64,000 bases of DNA from Octopus vulgaris. Its lineage: Eukaryota. This document shows positions 13,898 to 27,709 of the stretch, piece by piece. The notes under the pieces are model-generated. The model was not told where the DNA came from. It made no database searches and saw only the letters and a program-made list of their open reading frames with translations. The position numbers and the translations under genes were made by a program. Position 1 is the first letter of the stretch. Each line of letters starts with the position of its first letter. Where the stretch lies: NCBI GenBank assembly GCA_951406725.2, contig OX597817.1, positions 147,994,001 to 148,058,000 of the forward strand. Direction: 5' to 3'.

Positions 13898-14020
13898 CTA
13901 GAAAGAAGAAATGCAACAATGATTTAATAAAATGTTTGCAATGGAATGCGCTCTACTAAAACTATCCACGGTTATGGTACTAGTGTGGGTGAATGATTGA
14001 TTCAAGTAATTCGTAATAAT

Positions 14021-14237
14021 CCCTACAAATGGAGCCACAAGGCATCAAATTCGTGGGGAGGTGACTAGTTGATTACATCGATCCCAGTGTTTCACTAGTA
14101 CTTAAATTATTGACCCCCAAAGGACGAAAGGCAAATTCGACCACGGCGATATTTGAACTCAGAACGTAGTGGCAGGCGAAATAATGCTAAGCATTTCGCC
14201 CGGTGTGCTAACGTTTCTGCAATGTCACCACCTTAAT
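14021..14237 (-). mobile_element. SINE family A, intronic, with 14-bp TSD
   Basis: TSD TAATTCGTAATAAT at 14007-14020 and 14238-14251. Confidence 0.85.
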
Positions 14238-14494
14238 TAATTCGTAATAATGAAAAGAATTACGTAATGATATTACATATTACCACTACTAAAGAACTGT
14301 TAAAAATTGTCACTGAATTGGAAAGCTGGGGAGAATTGAAACCATAAAGCAAGAGGAAACCAATAGAGAAAGTATTATGTCCACTTGCTGTTGATATCTA
14401 TGTTTCATTCATTTAAATACGTATCATATTCGGATAGAATTATAGATATTACGGAGAAAATATTACTTTTCCATTTGCATATCACAAACGCAAC

Positions 14495-14597
14495 CTGTCA
14501 CATTCAACTAGGAGCCACCGTGTTTGTGTACCATATAACATGATCCATATATCCAGTTCAAGGAACTCATTTCATATTCCACCCATAAAATTTTCTG
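14495..14597 (-). pseudogene. Exon of the gene relic (PENFMGGI*NEFLELDIWIMLYGTQTRWLLVECD) with in-frame TGA
   Basis: Acceptor TTTTCATTCAATAG, donor CAG|GTTGCG; 103 nt, phase 1 in and phase 2 out; TGA at 14574-14572. Confidence 0.6.
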
Positions 14598-14992
14598 CTA
14601 TTGAATGAAAATTGTCTTGAATTCAAATAGCGAAGCAATAAATATAATCCGATTTCGTTAAAAAAAATATTTGATTTTTCCAATGATTTAGTGTCGGTTA
14701 ACGACTAGAGGGAGATTTTATTTTCAGGTATAGAAATAACTAAATGACAGAAAAATAAAAACAAACCTCATTATAAAATGTTATTAGATGGATAAGAAAT
14801 ATATTGCGTGATTGCATTTTCCCTTATAACAAAGAATGAGATTTTGAACAGAGATAACTCTAGCATTAAACTTAATCATGTGATATCCTAAGTTATTATT
14901 CACTATCTAATTGGCATTTTCTGAATAAGTAACCTTCTGTATATAGACGTCACAAAAAGCAGGTAGACTTTAGCTCTGGTGTTATTATTTAC

Positions 14993-15060
14993 GAGAATGT
15001 CCTTTGACTACGGCGAAACAAAGACGTGAATCAACTATTCTTAGATTTTCATATTGACCT
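14993..15060 (-). pseudogene. Exon of the gene relic (KGQYENLRIVDSRLCFAVVKGHS)
   Basis: Acceptor TGCTTTCAG, donor C|GTAAAT; 98-nt GT-AG intron 15061-15158; phases 2 and 1. Confidence 0.7.
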
Positions 15061-15158
15061 CTGAAAGCATAACAACCATGCGGGACATATGGTATTAGCA
15101 ACATGTTTACTAATATCACGTAACCGGAAGATATGAAATATGCGTTCATCCTGCTTAC

Positions 15159-15353
15159 TTTATATGTAGTTTGGTGCATAATTTCCATAGGGCACCAAAT
15201 AAACCGAATGTCTTGCGGTATTCGGTTACGGTCCTTTTAAAATCTACCGGTGGCCGGAGGAAAGTCAAGTTGGGCGAAGAGTGTGGTGATGAATATAATT
15301 GACTACTCCAGTCTCTCCCACCAAATGTGTAGCTTGTATCGAAATAACGCAAT
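15159..15353 (-). pseudogene. Exon of the gene relic (LRYFDTSYTFGGRDW...LFGALWKLCTKLHI)
   Basis: Acceptor TCCATTTGTAG, donor AA|GTAAGC; 195 nt, open in only one frame, phases 2 and 2. Confidence 0.75.
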
Positions 15354-15787
15354 CTACAAATGGATATAAATTTTATGTTAATTGAAACTTCTCTTGATAA
15401 TTTAAAATTTATGATTTGAGTTAAAATCCTGCAGTGACCAACATTGGCTTTCATCTCTCTGGAGTAGCTAATATAAAATAATACTATTCTGGTATTTATC
15501 GACTACCTCCTTACCCCCACCCCCAAAATAGCTGGCCTCGTGTCTAAAGCAGTTATAATTAATTAAAGAATTTGTGCTTCCATAATGATTATAATTTTGT
15601 AAATATATAGATACATACATACACACATACACACACACACATATATATATATAATTTAGGGTATCGGAGAGATACCACCACGCTGAAAATAGCAGTCAAA
15701 ACCTGACTCTAAAGCCATTAAATGTTCATATAAGCACTAGGAGAGAAGACAGAGAGACAAAATAAACCAGCCAAGAAATTACTGGAT

Positions 15788-15848
15788 AATCTCAGATCCT
15801 GGATTTCTGGCTTTCCTTAAGGGATGTTATGCCTTCGTCAGTGGAATA
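15788..15848 (-). ncRNA. Minimal hammerhead-like motif in a short PLE-like fragment between microsatellites
   Basis: CCA-CTGACGA-AGGC..GCCA-GAAAT-CCAGG-ATC-TGAGA; stem I imperfect. Confidence 0.5.
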
Positions 15849-15884
15849 TACTCAGATAGCACATGTACATATACATATATATAT

Positions 15885-15971
<87 letters not shown>

Positions 15972-16014
15972 AATGTATGTATGTATGTATGTATGTATGT
16001 ATGTAGGTATGTAT

Positions 16015-16382
16015 CTTTTCACTATCTCCCAGAGAAAGGGAGAGTGTTCTGAAGCACTTGATTTGCTCAATTTCTCATGATGAACGAACTTATCCAAACA
16101 CGATTGTCACTTTCTTGACTGTGGTTTGTGTCAGCCTCTCATGTTTTTCATTGTAATCGATCGTATGTTTCTTAGACAGAAACACCACTTGAGTTAACAA
16201 AATCTTCTTCATTACCAAAGAGGAATAATTATGGAAGAGAAGAGGTAAAACTTCATGTAAAATTCGTGGAATGGTAAAACAATAGATAGTGAGAAAAGGG
16301 GAAACTTTCAATTTGCTATACAATATTTGACAAATCAATAATTAAGAAACGAACAAGTTATAGTAGATGTTGCAAAAGACGT
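16015..16382 (-). pseudogene. Decayed exon of the gene relic (...[11 protein letters not shown]|R), frameshifted, donor reads AT instead of GT
   Basis: Strong acceptor TTTTTTTTTCCCCAG; ends AAA AG, which joins in phase to give [13 protein letters not shown]; ORFs 16090-16338 and 15852-16097 are offset by a frameshift. Confidence 0.5.
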
Positions 16383-17551
16383 CTGGGGAAAAAAAAACAT
16401 TAAGAAGAAAATATGTATATGGGAATGAAAACGCAGTACTATATGGCCACGACAAAATAGTTAGAAGAGGATCAAAGGGATGCCAGAAAAGAAAACAATA
16501 TATTGAAACTTTAGTTTTCATTTCTATATGAAGTTTATTTGTTTATTAATATTTATTCCAAGACAAAAAAATAGAAAAAATCACTCTTGTATTAACAGAG
16601 ACATTTTGACCAGAAGAAAATGTATACGACACTTTTAAATAAGAAAATAGCCTGATTTAGTGATAAATTAACCACTGAGTGATTTTTTCCCTCTAAGTGA
16701 CTGCGTTAAAATCAGATATAACAAGTTCTGGGTAGAGAAACGTTTCAAATAACTAGTTGTTATTATGGACATTGCTTTCATGAAAGTCTTTGTGCAAAAA
16801 ACAGTTTTCAACATTTAGTCACTTCTTAAGCAAAACGGAAGATTTGAAGGGAAAAAAATCAGTTTAAATTTGGCAATCAGACTACAAATTGTTGTTTTAT
16901 GATAATTCAGCAAGAAAAATTTGAGCTCAGAAATTAGAATACAATTAAATATTTCACTATGATGAATTCATTAAAATATTATTATAAAATGAAATTTTAA
17001 AACATTTAAAAATATATTTGATTTGTTAACATCATTAAACTGTCACTGCAACGCAGTAGAGATCAATTCAGCAATTATAACAAGACATACAAAATTACTA
17101 AAAGAGATGAGTTGGACTAAAGATCAATTAATGAATTCTCTGCGATTTTCGAATTTTAACAGAATGTATGTAAGAGATTATAAAAAATTGACTAAAACGT
17201 TAAACATAATGAATGAAAGCAAATAGCAATAAATGTCAAATTGCTCCAACAATTGTATAAAGAAATTCTCTTCCACAGAAAATCCGGGCTAATGAACTAC
17301 TGAAAGTGAGTTTCAATTAAAAGAAATTTTTTTAAAATTAACTAAAAATGTATCTAACTGAATAGACAAAGTAATCAAATTTACATGATCTTAATACTTT
17401 AGAGGCATTAGGATATTTTTGTTCGCATTAAGAATTATTTCATATAATTTCTTCTGACATAAATGAAGCTGGTGCATCGTTTGCGAAACTATATTGTTTT
17501 TTTTTTCTATGTAAAATACAGGAGAACGCCTCTTATCGTGAATAAAACGTG

Positions 17552-17599
<48 letters not shown>

Positions 17600-17607
17600 A
17601 AAAAAAG

Positions 17608-18124
<517 letters not shown>

Positions 18125-18149
18125 CTATATCTATATCCAGATCTGTATA

Positions 18150-18268
18150 TATCACCATCACGTGACCGACCAGACCATCAGATGTTGTTACACATCGCTG
18201 ATCACAATGCATTCGCATTGTTTTAGCCTTTGAATGACGCCACCCCGCTGGCTAAGCGAGCAGGCCAA
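18150..18268 (-). mobile_element. Short interspersed retroelement 3' fragment (second copy at 27964-28056 on +)
   Basis: The two segments are reverse complements (GGGGTGGCGTCATT..GCATTGTGA.CAGCGATGTGTA.CAACATCTGAT). Confidence 0.65.
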
Positions 18269-18737
18269 TATCTGTATATATATATCTGAAGCACGGTTTA
18301 TTCGCGATCACAGCCAGCTGTTCGAAAACCGAGGTATTACTTAGTGTACTTGGAAACATAATTTGGAATTAAGCGTTTCTAGGTAGAAGAAGTTTTTGAA
18401 AGGGTAAGCCTATTGAAATTTACTAAATTCAATAATCTTCTGTGAAATACAATGTTCTGATTCATTCCTTCGTAAGAGACTTTAAAGTACATACATAATG
18501 TAAAAATATATAAATATATTCAGATAAATAATATAGCGTGCATCTGTAGAAGTTACTTTCCTCGGGATACCGACCATAGGAAAATTAATAAATACAAGGA
18601 TTATATGAAATATTTTTAAAGAAATTGAAATTTGTGATACTGTTCTACTACTTTCACTTGCTTGCTAATATGTTTAATTTAATACTTGTATAGCTTCAAT
18701 AATATTTTTACTCAGAGAATGGTAAGTATTTTGTTCA

Positions 18738-21700
18738 TCTATATCTATAAAACTCAAAATGTCTGTGTGTGTGTGTATGCTTTTTATCTGTTTCCACATC
18801 CTTCATCCGATATTGTTGAATCTTTTTTTATTAAATGGCAAATTTACCTAGGAAGGTCACTGACGCATTATCGATGCCTAATGATACCCGCTTCTATGAG
18901 AAAACTTGATAAAACTGAAGGAACCCCCGACTTTTTGCAAAAAAAGGCAATTGTTGCACGCGAGAAAAGTTTTTACAGGAACGTCTGGTTTTTATAATTT
19001 TGGTGTCAAATAAATTGTCATGTAGCGAAATTTCAGATAAATATTTTGGCCCTGCCTTGGGGCATCTGATTCCCAAGAAAATTCTGAAAAACGTGGAAAA
19101 ATTCGATTTTTCGCATTTTTACAAAGTTACACGGTAGAAAACCTTTTACTGGAAAGTCCGATTTACCTGGTTGTTACGGCTAAAAAAACCACCATGTCAC
19201 AGCGCTTCTATCATGTATCTGTTCTATGTTCAAAGGCCTCTCTGTACGACAAAACACCACGGAAAACTATGAAAAAAATCGATTTTTTTTCAGGTTTTGC
19301 ATCTTGAGAGCGGTCAGAGTGTCTACTTCTCCAGCTCTAATGCTGCTCAGCTGGCACAAGAACCCAAGGACACCGCGATCACCGCTTCTTCAAACTATGC
19401 ACCAATGACCCATTCGCCAAGACCCTCCTGTATCCCCAGGTTCCATCATATTACATTTGGAAAATGGAAACGCGCATTTGGGAATCAAGGAAACAAGGAC
19501 AACCTGCCGAGGGACAGCCAAACTTAAAATCTTTTTACCTTCACCTACTACTGCATGAGGTCACAGGACCGACATCTTTCAACTGTGAAGTTTTTACTAC
19601 ATACCGCGAAGCCTGCCTTAAACGCGGCCTGCTAGAGGACGGCGCTCAGTGGGACGCAGCAATGGGAGAAGCAGCTACAATACGCTCGGCGAGGAGTCTT
19701 CGAAGATCTTTTAGGAAGACCTTTCAAGGAAGACCTATCAGAGGACTACCACCACCAAGGACAACGTCTGTTGCCTCACCTGCACGTCGGTTTCAACGAT
19801 GAATTTTTCAACATCGACATTGAGAACAGCCTACTCTCTGCCGGCGGTAGCGACCTTCCATTTTATGGTCTACCAAAAGACAGCAGAATGGGCTCGCACA
19901 CACTACCAACATGCGTTATTCAGGAAACAGCCAACGACGTCGATGCTCTTCAACAATACGTCGACGAAAATGAGCCGAAGTTGCTTCAGGACCAGCTGCA
20001 CGCATACAGCGCTGTCTACACTTCCATTCGGGAACACAAAGGAGGTATTTTCTTTTTAGATGCCCCAGAAAGAACAGGTAAAACATTCGTGACTAAACTC
20101 CTCCTTGTAAAAGTACGCCAGCAAAAGGGGATCGCTTTAGCCGTAACTTCTTCCGTAATTCTCACGACTCTACTGCCCGGGGTAGGACGGCTCATTCGAC
20201 CTTCAAACTACCGATCAGTGCTTCTGCGTCCGACTCAGCCTCTTGCAATGTTACAAAAGACTCAGACTAAGCAGAAATGCTGCGAAGGTGCCAGCTCATT
20301 GTTTGGACGAATGCACCGTGGCACATAAAAGATCGCTTGAAGCACTGAACAGGACCCTGAAAGACATCAGGGGTTGCATTCGCCCAATGGGAGGCGTTTC
20401 TCTCCTCTCTGGTGATTTCAGACAAACCTTACCCATAATTCCAAAAGGCAGCAGAGCCGACGCTGTAATGGCTTGCATTAAGTTATCTTTCCTGTGGTAG
20501 GATGTGATAATTTTGACTCTTACAACAAACATGAGGGCCCAGCCTTTCAGCGACAACTTATCGAGTGACGTCTCCAAGAAACTTATCACCGTCGGTGAGT
20601 GATGTTACAGCTTCCTCCGATGCAGCTTGAGAGAAGTATGTCTCACATGTAAGCACACCTTACGACTGTTTTTTTCCCCGATCTGCACATAAACTGCCAA
20701 AACCTGAATTGGCTGTGCGAAAGAGTCATATTAGCTCCCAAAACAGATTTGTTGCGAAACTCAATGAAAACCTACTGCGAAGACTTCCTGGAAACTTTCA
20801 CACCTAGACGTCTGTGCACACTGTTGTGGATACCAAGACGAGGCCGTTAATTTTCCCACAGAATTCCTCAATTCCTCGGACTCCTCCGGTCTACCGCCTC
20901 ATCAACTGCACCTCAAAATTGGAGCTCCGGTCATACTGCTGAGGAATCTGGAGCCACCACGTTTGTGCAACGGAATGCAGTTAGTGATAAAAAAAAGGTG
21001 CTGCCTCATGTTTTTGAAGAAACAATTCTTATATGTTGCGGCATCAGTTTTTATACCCAGGGTGCTTCTTACTTCATCTGATAAGCAATGCCCCCGTCCA
21101 TTGTGTCTACTTCAGTTTCCTCTTCGACTTTGCTTTGCCATGTCCATCAACAAGTCCCGAGGCCAAACACTAACAACAACAGGCCTCCATTTAGGCCAAC
21201 CATACTTCTCGCACGGCCAACTATACGTCGGACGATCAAGAATCGTATGCAAAAAAATCCTTTTCATGTTCGCCCCGAAAGTCAAAACGAAAAATGTCAT
21301 CTACTGCGAGGTGCTGCAGCCGTCCAATATACCGCAGCTTCCCTGCCGAACAGGTTTATGGTGAGTGAGTACTATTGTTGCCATTCTTTCAAAATTACCT
21401 GTTTTTCTTAAGTCTTATTTTTTAAATCTTACCTGCTGCATCTTCTCAATCTCCTTGCAGATGGTTTGACTTTTTCGCATCTCTGCACCCACAACTTTTC
21501 ATGTGAAGGAATTATGACGTTTATATATGGGAACGGTTAACAATCCGTTTCAGGGCTACTGTGAGAATAACACAGCCCTTTTCAAGGTTACTTTGCATTC
21601 AGTTGCTGCACCTTCCAAGATACTCATGTGGCTTCTCCGGGGCTTTTCATCATGTTGATACTACATTATTTATGGTCTATGGGGAAAATCACTTATTCTT

Positions 21701-21827
21701 CAATGTCAATGTTTGCAACTTAACGCAAAATTTATTCAAAGAGATGTACAACAAGAAAAAAGGGAAGAACCTATTAAGACCATTGCCGAGTATTTAATAG
21801 CCGAGCAATCCCGGGTACTCCTGCTAG
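18738..21827 (+). mobile_element. Helitron with both termini; decayed Rep-helicase (PIF1-like) coding relic
   Basis: A|TC start at 18738, subterminal hairpin CCGAGCAATCCCGGG and CTAG|T at 21824-21828; motifs FFLDAPERTGKT, DECT.AHK, LLSGDFRQTLP, GAPVILLRNL, FAMSINKSRGQT, FSHGQLYV with stops and frameshifts. Confidence 0.92.
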
Positions 21828-22367
21828 TTAGTTGTAAGGTTTTTCATATAGCTCGAGAATGACAATATAAAATCTTACTATTTGTAACGGTAACTCTTGT
21901 TTCCATATTGGAATTTGAGAACGTTAAGCTTGATAATTACCTATATTTTCAATTAGGTGTTGTTTAAAAAGAAAGACTTGTAGTTTTCGTTTGCGGCTTC
22001 GGAATACTCGAGGGAAACAACCTATGTTAGAGTTGTGAAAGTGGATTTTATGCTTTCATACCCATATAATTTTGATATTTCAACAAATATGCCGATTCTA
22101 AAATTATAATTTACTTTTCGCGATCTGGAGACGATTATGGTAAACTTCGCTATAAAATATTTAATAAATAATGTAATATTCTTTTGGCAAAATATAATGA
22201 AACTTGTATTTTCAGAGTGTAATGTTTAAGATGTTAATATGAAATATATTTATATTTTAAAAGTGTAAACATATTTGAAACCCTTCAATAAAAATGAGGA
22301 ACACACTAACGGGAAATACTTTTACCTCCATGCTGCCTGGTTTGGCCTCCCACAGTACTAAACTTAC

Positions 22368-22489
22368 CTTTGTCTACTTTGATACAAGTTTAACTGAATA
22401 TTTTTCATGTAAGTTCAGATAAGTTTTGTATAATAATTTAAAATGTTATCACTTTTAGGTGTAAATTTGTCAATAGTCCTAGTTACTTC
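22368..22489 (-). pseudogene. Probable exon of the gene relic (EVTRTIDKFTPKSDNILNYYTKLI*TYMKNIQLNLYQSRQ)
   Basis: AG acceptor, strong donor AG|GTAAGT, one in-frame TGA. Confidence 0.45.
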
Positions 22490-22569
22490 CTACTGCTAAT
22501 TCGGAATTCGGAAGTGCTAATTTAAAAAGAATTGTAATTATTTGCCTTTTTAATATAAATGTCTTTGAA

Positions 22570-22775
22570 TTTTGGCACAAGGACAGCAACTTTAAGGTAG
22601 CCGCAATGTTGACTACCTCGGTCCCATTGCACAACTGCTGCTTATTTTATCAATCGCGAGTGTACGACAACCTAAATCAAAGTCGGTAGAATACCAACTC
22701 AGAAAGTAAAGAACTGTCGGAAATACCACAAATCATTTTGTCCGACGCGTTAACAATTCTGCTAGTTCACTGCTC
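22570..22775 (-). mobile_element. Old SINE family A copy
   Basis: Degenerate match (GGCACAAGG..AACTCAGAAAGTAAAG..GCGTTAACAATTCTGCTAGTTCAC). Confidence 0.55.
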
Positions 22776-23679
22776 ATTGCATTATCACTAAACTTATTAT
22801 CTATCTTCTGCTAGATCTTAATATTTTCTGGTGTAATTCGAGTTCTTTCTAATAATTGTGTTCAACATTTATAAACCTTTATATGTATTTTGATGGAAAT
22901 AACTGCATTCAATTTTTAATTGCTCCTTGAAATTTCTTTTCTCTGAAAATAAACTGTGGTTATTTTTGCTGTACATATTTGATCAATCATATTCTAGGAT
23001 TCTTAGGTCAGGAATATAAAATAAATGGTTCTGTTACATTTCTCATTCCCAAAAGTTGCACAGTAGCAAGAAATCTATAAAATTCGCTATGTCTTCGCTA
23101 GAAAAGATTCAAACGAATCCCAATATTAATCACTGATATTTAGAAATGGAAGATTAGAGTATTTTTTCGAAGGAAGTATTTCTAGTGAAAAAATTTATGT
23201 TAGATATTTATTTTCAAATATTGTTACATAAAAAGCATAATTTATTATACAGAAAAATCTCTATCGTTGTATATTCTTATCTTATTTTGTTACATTAGTA
23301 ATATAATATTTCTATAATATTTCTATATTTTAATTTTTCTATAAACACATTTATACTTTCATTTTTCTTGCAGCCATAGTAACGTGTATAAATATCTGAT
23401 ACATTAATGGTGTTGCTAATTATGCTTCTTTATTGAATAACCCATGTTCTATCGTTGTAGATTTCGTTTGCATCGCGTAGAATATTTTCTGTTATGTTTC
23501 TGAATATGTTTAGATTGTCTGTATACTGATATTATTAGATGCAAACACTTTTTCTTATATATTGATATAAATATTGATATATTAAAACAATTTAAATGTT
23601 GATATATTCAAACAATTTTTCTCACAAATATCTAATATCTGATATACTTGAAATTTATTAACAACGGTAATGCCATTAC

Positions 23680-23975
23680 CTATTCCAGCATTGATTTTTC
23701 GAAAAGTGTTTTTAGTTATTCATTATGTTAGTTCACACCTTCCCTTATATTCGGCAATATTTCTTGTATATTGTTTCTCTTTTTATAATGCAGAAACTGT
23801 GCAACAGGTGAAGTGACATACCAACTGGAGTACACACCATTCACAGTAATACTAACCGGAACAATTTATGATACAACGCAACACACGGAATCATGGATTT
23901 CACCATTCAGACATAAATGCCTGGACTCCTCTTGTTTTTTACTTTCACTTTCATTCTCAACTTTTCCTTCTATCT
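23680..23975 (-). pseudogene. Probable exon of the gene relic with several nonsense codons
   Basis: Acceptor TTCGCTTTTATAG, donor AG|GTAATG; 98 codons in one frame: EIEGKVENESESKKQEESRHLCLNGEIHDSVCCVVS*IVPVSITVNGVYSSWYVTSPVAQFLHY... Confidence 0.45.
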
Positions 23976-25003
23976 CTATAAAAGCGAACTCCATTAATAG
24001 GAATAACGCAAGAAAGAGATTATTATTGAATACAATAAATCATTATTATTAACGAAGATGCTAAAGGACTTACACGATCTAAGAGTTTAGCTGGTTTTCG
24101 GATAATTCTTCTAAGATGGCTTAAACAGCAATTTTTATTGAAAACGGAACAAAAACTTAAAGAAAAATGCGAGAACTTTTTCCGATGAAATTATTAACAA
24201 CTGTTTTTGTTTTCATTTCACTCATCTTCAAGATCGTTGTGTGAAATATACTTTTATATAAAACTGGCAATTCCTTCTAAGATCCATCTTTGAATTTGTT
24301 TCTTATGAAGGATTTGCATGTAATTTGTTTGGATTTTTCGATTTTCTGCAGCATTGGCTCATAGTTGATTGTGTATATTGATTGTTTGTTTAGGGGTTAG
24401 ATTTGTCTTAAGAAATAAATCTTTACAACTTTTTTCCCTGTTCTAATATTTCGCCCATGAGAATGGTTATTTTCTTCCAGAACATTGTCTTTTCAAAATT
24501 ATCATTGTAATTGCAGTTTTCTCTTTTCTTCTTGCAATAATGGAATCAGATAATTTTTTTCTATTTTGTAATCATTTGCAGATGTCGAGGAAGGCATTCC
24601 TTTTACGTTTTCTTTGTATTATGTAGTGAATGTGTGATAGGATAAAAATTTATTTGCTTCCATTTCTATATCTCTGCAAATAAAGACCAGGTTTTAATAT
24701 CTAATAAATTTGAAACACTTCCCAATAGCCCTACAAATTCTCCCAAATTTTTTTATATTTAAAATAAATATTTTACCGAAATAAAAATATATTGTTTCAC
24801 CTTGTTACCTGCAATGAGAATTGTATTGTTTAACGTTTTCATATCTTCTTCGTTTCATCGATTTTTGTGGGAGCAGAAATGTTGTATGCCCATCTGACAT
24901 ATACAGCTAAATTCATTCCCTAGCGTATTTACTGATTTCATTTGATGTTTATTGCTGTTCATGGATGGAGCAAAATGATATTTCCTACTTATATTCAACC
25001 ATG

Positions 25004-25078
<75 letters not shown>

Positions 25079-26436
25079 CGTGTGTGTGTTTGAATTTATA
25101 TCATTGTGTATGTTTGCGTGCATATGTTTGTGTTATGTTAACAAAGTTTAAGCTGTAACATTCCTGATGAAGGCTGTTTTCAACGTACCGCAAGATGTTC
25201 AGGTTTTATGCATGAAATCTAGCTTGCGAGTTTATGATGCTAGATTTTTCAAGGTTAATGAACCATGTTATCATATAAACACGAGTGTAGGTTGTTAGAG
25301 GGAACTGTGAAATGATCATTAACGTTGAAATCCTTGAGCAGTAAAATCAGACAATGAAAATGATGTGTAGTGAAATAATACTATTATATATGAACAATTC
25401 AATACGAATAGGCACACAGATTTCTCAAAATAAACATGTTATGTATTTTATTCGAGATATTCCTTAGAAAATCATACTATCACAATCACTGTCGCAGAGA
25501 ATTAGAAGTAGAAAAGTAGAAAAGAATATTAAATCAAATTAACAGTAATAATGTTAATAGTCTTCAATGCTACTAATGCCTACCACCTGGATTCCCAGCT
25601 GGTGCCATATTTACTTAGCAGATTTCGATGTCATTCCATGCCTGATGAACCGAGGGTGACATCACATGTATCAACAGTTTATGAAGTCACCTTCAACAGT
25701 TAATGCCTTCTATGTTAAACGTTCTTTTAGACGATTAATTCTCAACATCCAATTGAGTTTAAGAGAGATTGTAAAATGGTAGAAAGAAATTAACAAATTC
25801 TGGTATCCTGGTATTTTAAAACAAACTACTATAACTCAGTCAAACAAGTTCATATGTGCGTTCACTTTGACAAGAATAGAATTAGTGTACTTAAGCACAT
25901 GTATGAATCGCCAAAAATGTAAAATTAACAGAAAACAAGACATACACCTATTAATGAAAATAGTTAAATAAAGGCCATGAAGTCAGGTAACAGCGCTACA
26001 AATGTCAAAATGTTAGGAGAAGACATGTGTACGGTATGGCGTTTAAAAGGTACAAAATTGAGGCATAAATGGTGAAACAATATTAAAATTCGTAAAAACA
26101 CCTATTTTCAGTAGTAAGATTATAACATATCAGAGGAAATGTTTCCCCCAAATCTGCTATTTGGAAATAATTACCTGATATTTCATAGGCAAATTTGATC
26201 GAATAGGACTTTGAAGAGAAAGTTAAGTGTAAAGAAACAAATAGCTGGTTAAAAGGATACACAGAAACAACAGAATTCAGAAAATGCATAACAAAACATT
26301 TAAAAATATATTGATATAAGCGTAACAGACTGTTGTCGGTTTACTTTGCAACAATGAGCAATAGCAATGTAATTTTACTGCGCATTATAATACAAAACTA
26401 GAGGGGAATACATTAGTGCATATATGTATATAACGC

Positions 26437-26500
<64 letters not shown>

Positions 26501-26600
26501 TTGTGTGCGTGTGTGTGTGTCAATAATACATATATCAGAAAAGAAGTACGCTTTACAGAATAGAGCAGTAAGTATTAAAAGAAAAAATTACATTCTGGTC

Positions 26601-26666
26601 ATAGAGTTACCACTGGTTTCGGATGCACGAAAGGAACAACCTTGTGGACAACTCATCAGACTCTAT
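26601..26666 (-). ncRNA. Type I hammerhead ribozyme with intact core
   Basis: ATAGAGT-CTGATGA-stem II-GAAACC-AGT-GGTA-ACTCTAT: perfect 7-bp stem I, GUA triplet, predicted cut between 26608 and 26607. Confidence 0.8.
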
Positions 26667-27652
26667 ACAAAGACAAAATTTAACTTTCTGCCTCGCGGAC
26701 GTGAGGAAACGCTAGGATAAAGAGATTTAACGGCTAAGGTATAAAACCGTTAACGATAACGGATTATCTTCCCTGGATGTGAGGATTAAAAATCTTTACA
26801 ACACGTAATAGTCTATCCAGCAAACGGGGAGATCCAACTTTCCACTGGGTAGTGTTTGAAATGGACATATTTAGGGAAATTTCTTTACGACTATTTAACG
26901 AGGCAGGTTTGGATAGTCCTTAAGAATTTTGATTTTCTCCACGATGCATATTCCGCAACGGCCACTCACATTGATATATTGCCGTGGATGTTCTATTATT
27001 TTCCATCTGTTATCACATAGGATCCCTTGATCTTTGAGGTGCCATACATGGCTGGCTAAGGATGTGACAAAACGTTTTTCTGCGAGACTGGTGGTTGCGG
27101 AAGCGTCGCTTGAAAGATGTACTGGCCAATCCGATATACTTACAAATTTAATAGGTGGCTATATTCGTAGTCCTGGTGTATCTCTAGTACGTTCCGGGTG
27201 TGGTGATGCTGTTGGTAACACTGTTGCTGATGTTGTCGTTATGACGTAATGACCCGGCGATATTATCTCCATAGTTATCATTTCTGGTCATATAGTTGAA
27301 ACCTCAAAAATCAAGGAACCCCATGTAATATCAGGTGGAAAATAATAGAACATCCATGCCCATATAATAATGGGACTGCCCGTTGCAAAATCTGTATCGC
27401 GAACAGAACCAAAATGGTGCGTTAAATAGTGATAAAAATGTTTTTCGAAATGTATCCATTTCAAGCGCTAGAACTGGAAAATTGGATCTCCCCGTTTGCT
27501 GGTAAGGCCATTACGAGACTGTAAAGGTTTTTATCCTCTCGTTCAGGGAAAATACTTCGTCGTCATTAAAATTTATATGTGTTAGCCGTTAAATCTCGTA
27601 ATTCTAGCGTTTCCTCACGTCCGTGATGTAGAAATTTGAATTTTATCTTTGT

Positions 27653-27709
27653 ATAGAATCTCATAAGCTCCCTGCAAGGGATGCGAAACCAAATCATTGG
27701 TAAGTTTAT
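27653..27709 (+). ncRNA. Hammerhead ribozyme, core mutated (CTCATAA)
   Basis: ATAGAAT-CTCATAA-GCTCCC TGCAA GGGATGC-GAAACCAA ATCA TTGGTA-AGTTTAT. Confidence 0.65.

Noticed and set aside
15159-15210. GALWKLC..C resembling the claudin/PMP22 signature
   Set aside because: The downstream exons encode no transmembrane helices
23866-23975. Apparent CAAX terminus (CCVVS*) suggesting a small GTPase, with ILIAGNK near 24801-24821
   Set aside because: The frame continues past the stop to a splice donor, there are no G1/G3 motifs, and the GNK segment has a stop 18 codons upstream; better explained as a damaged exon
25161-25345. CTGATGA followed by a long-range stem (TTTCAACGT/ACGTTGAAA)
   Set aside because: No GAAA-stem III-NUH after the stem closure; at best a very decayed HHR. 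Lone CTGANGA hits near 2212, 2254, 9109, 25642, 28521, 37898 and 56993 likewise lack the fold
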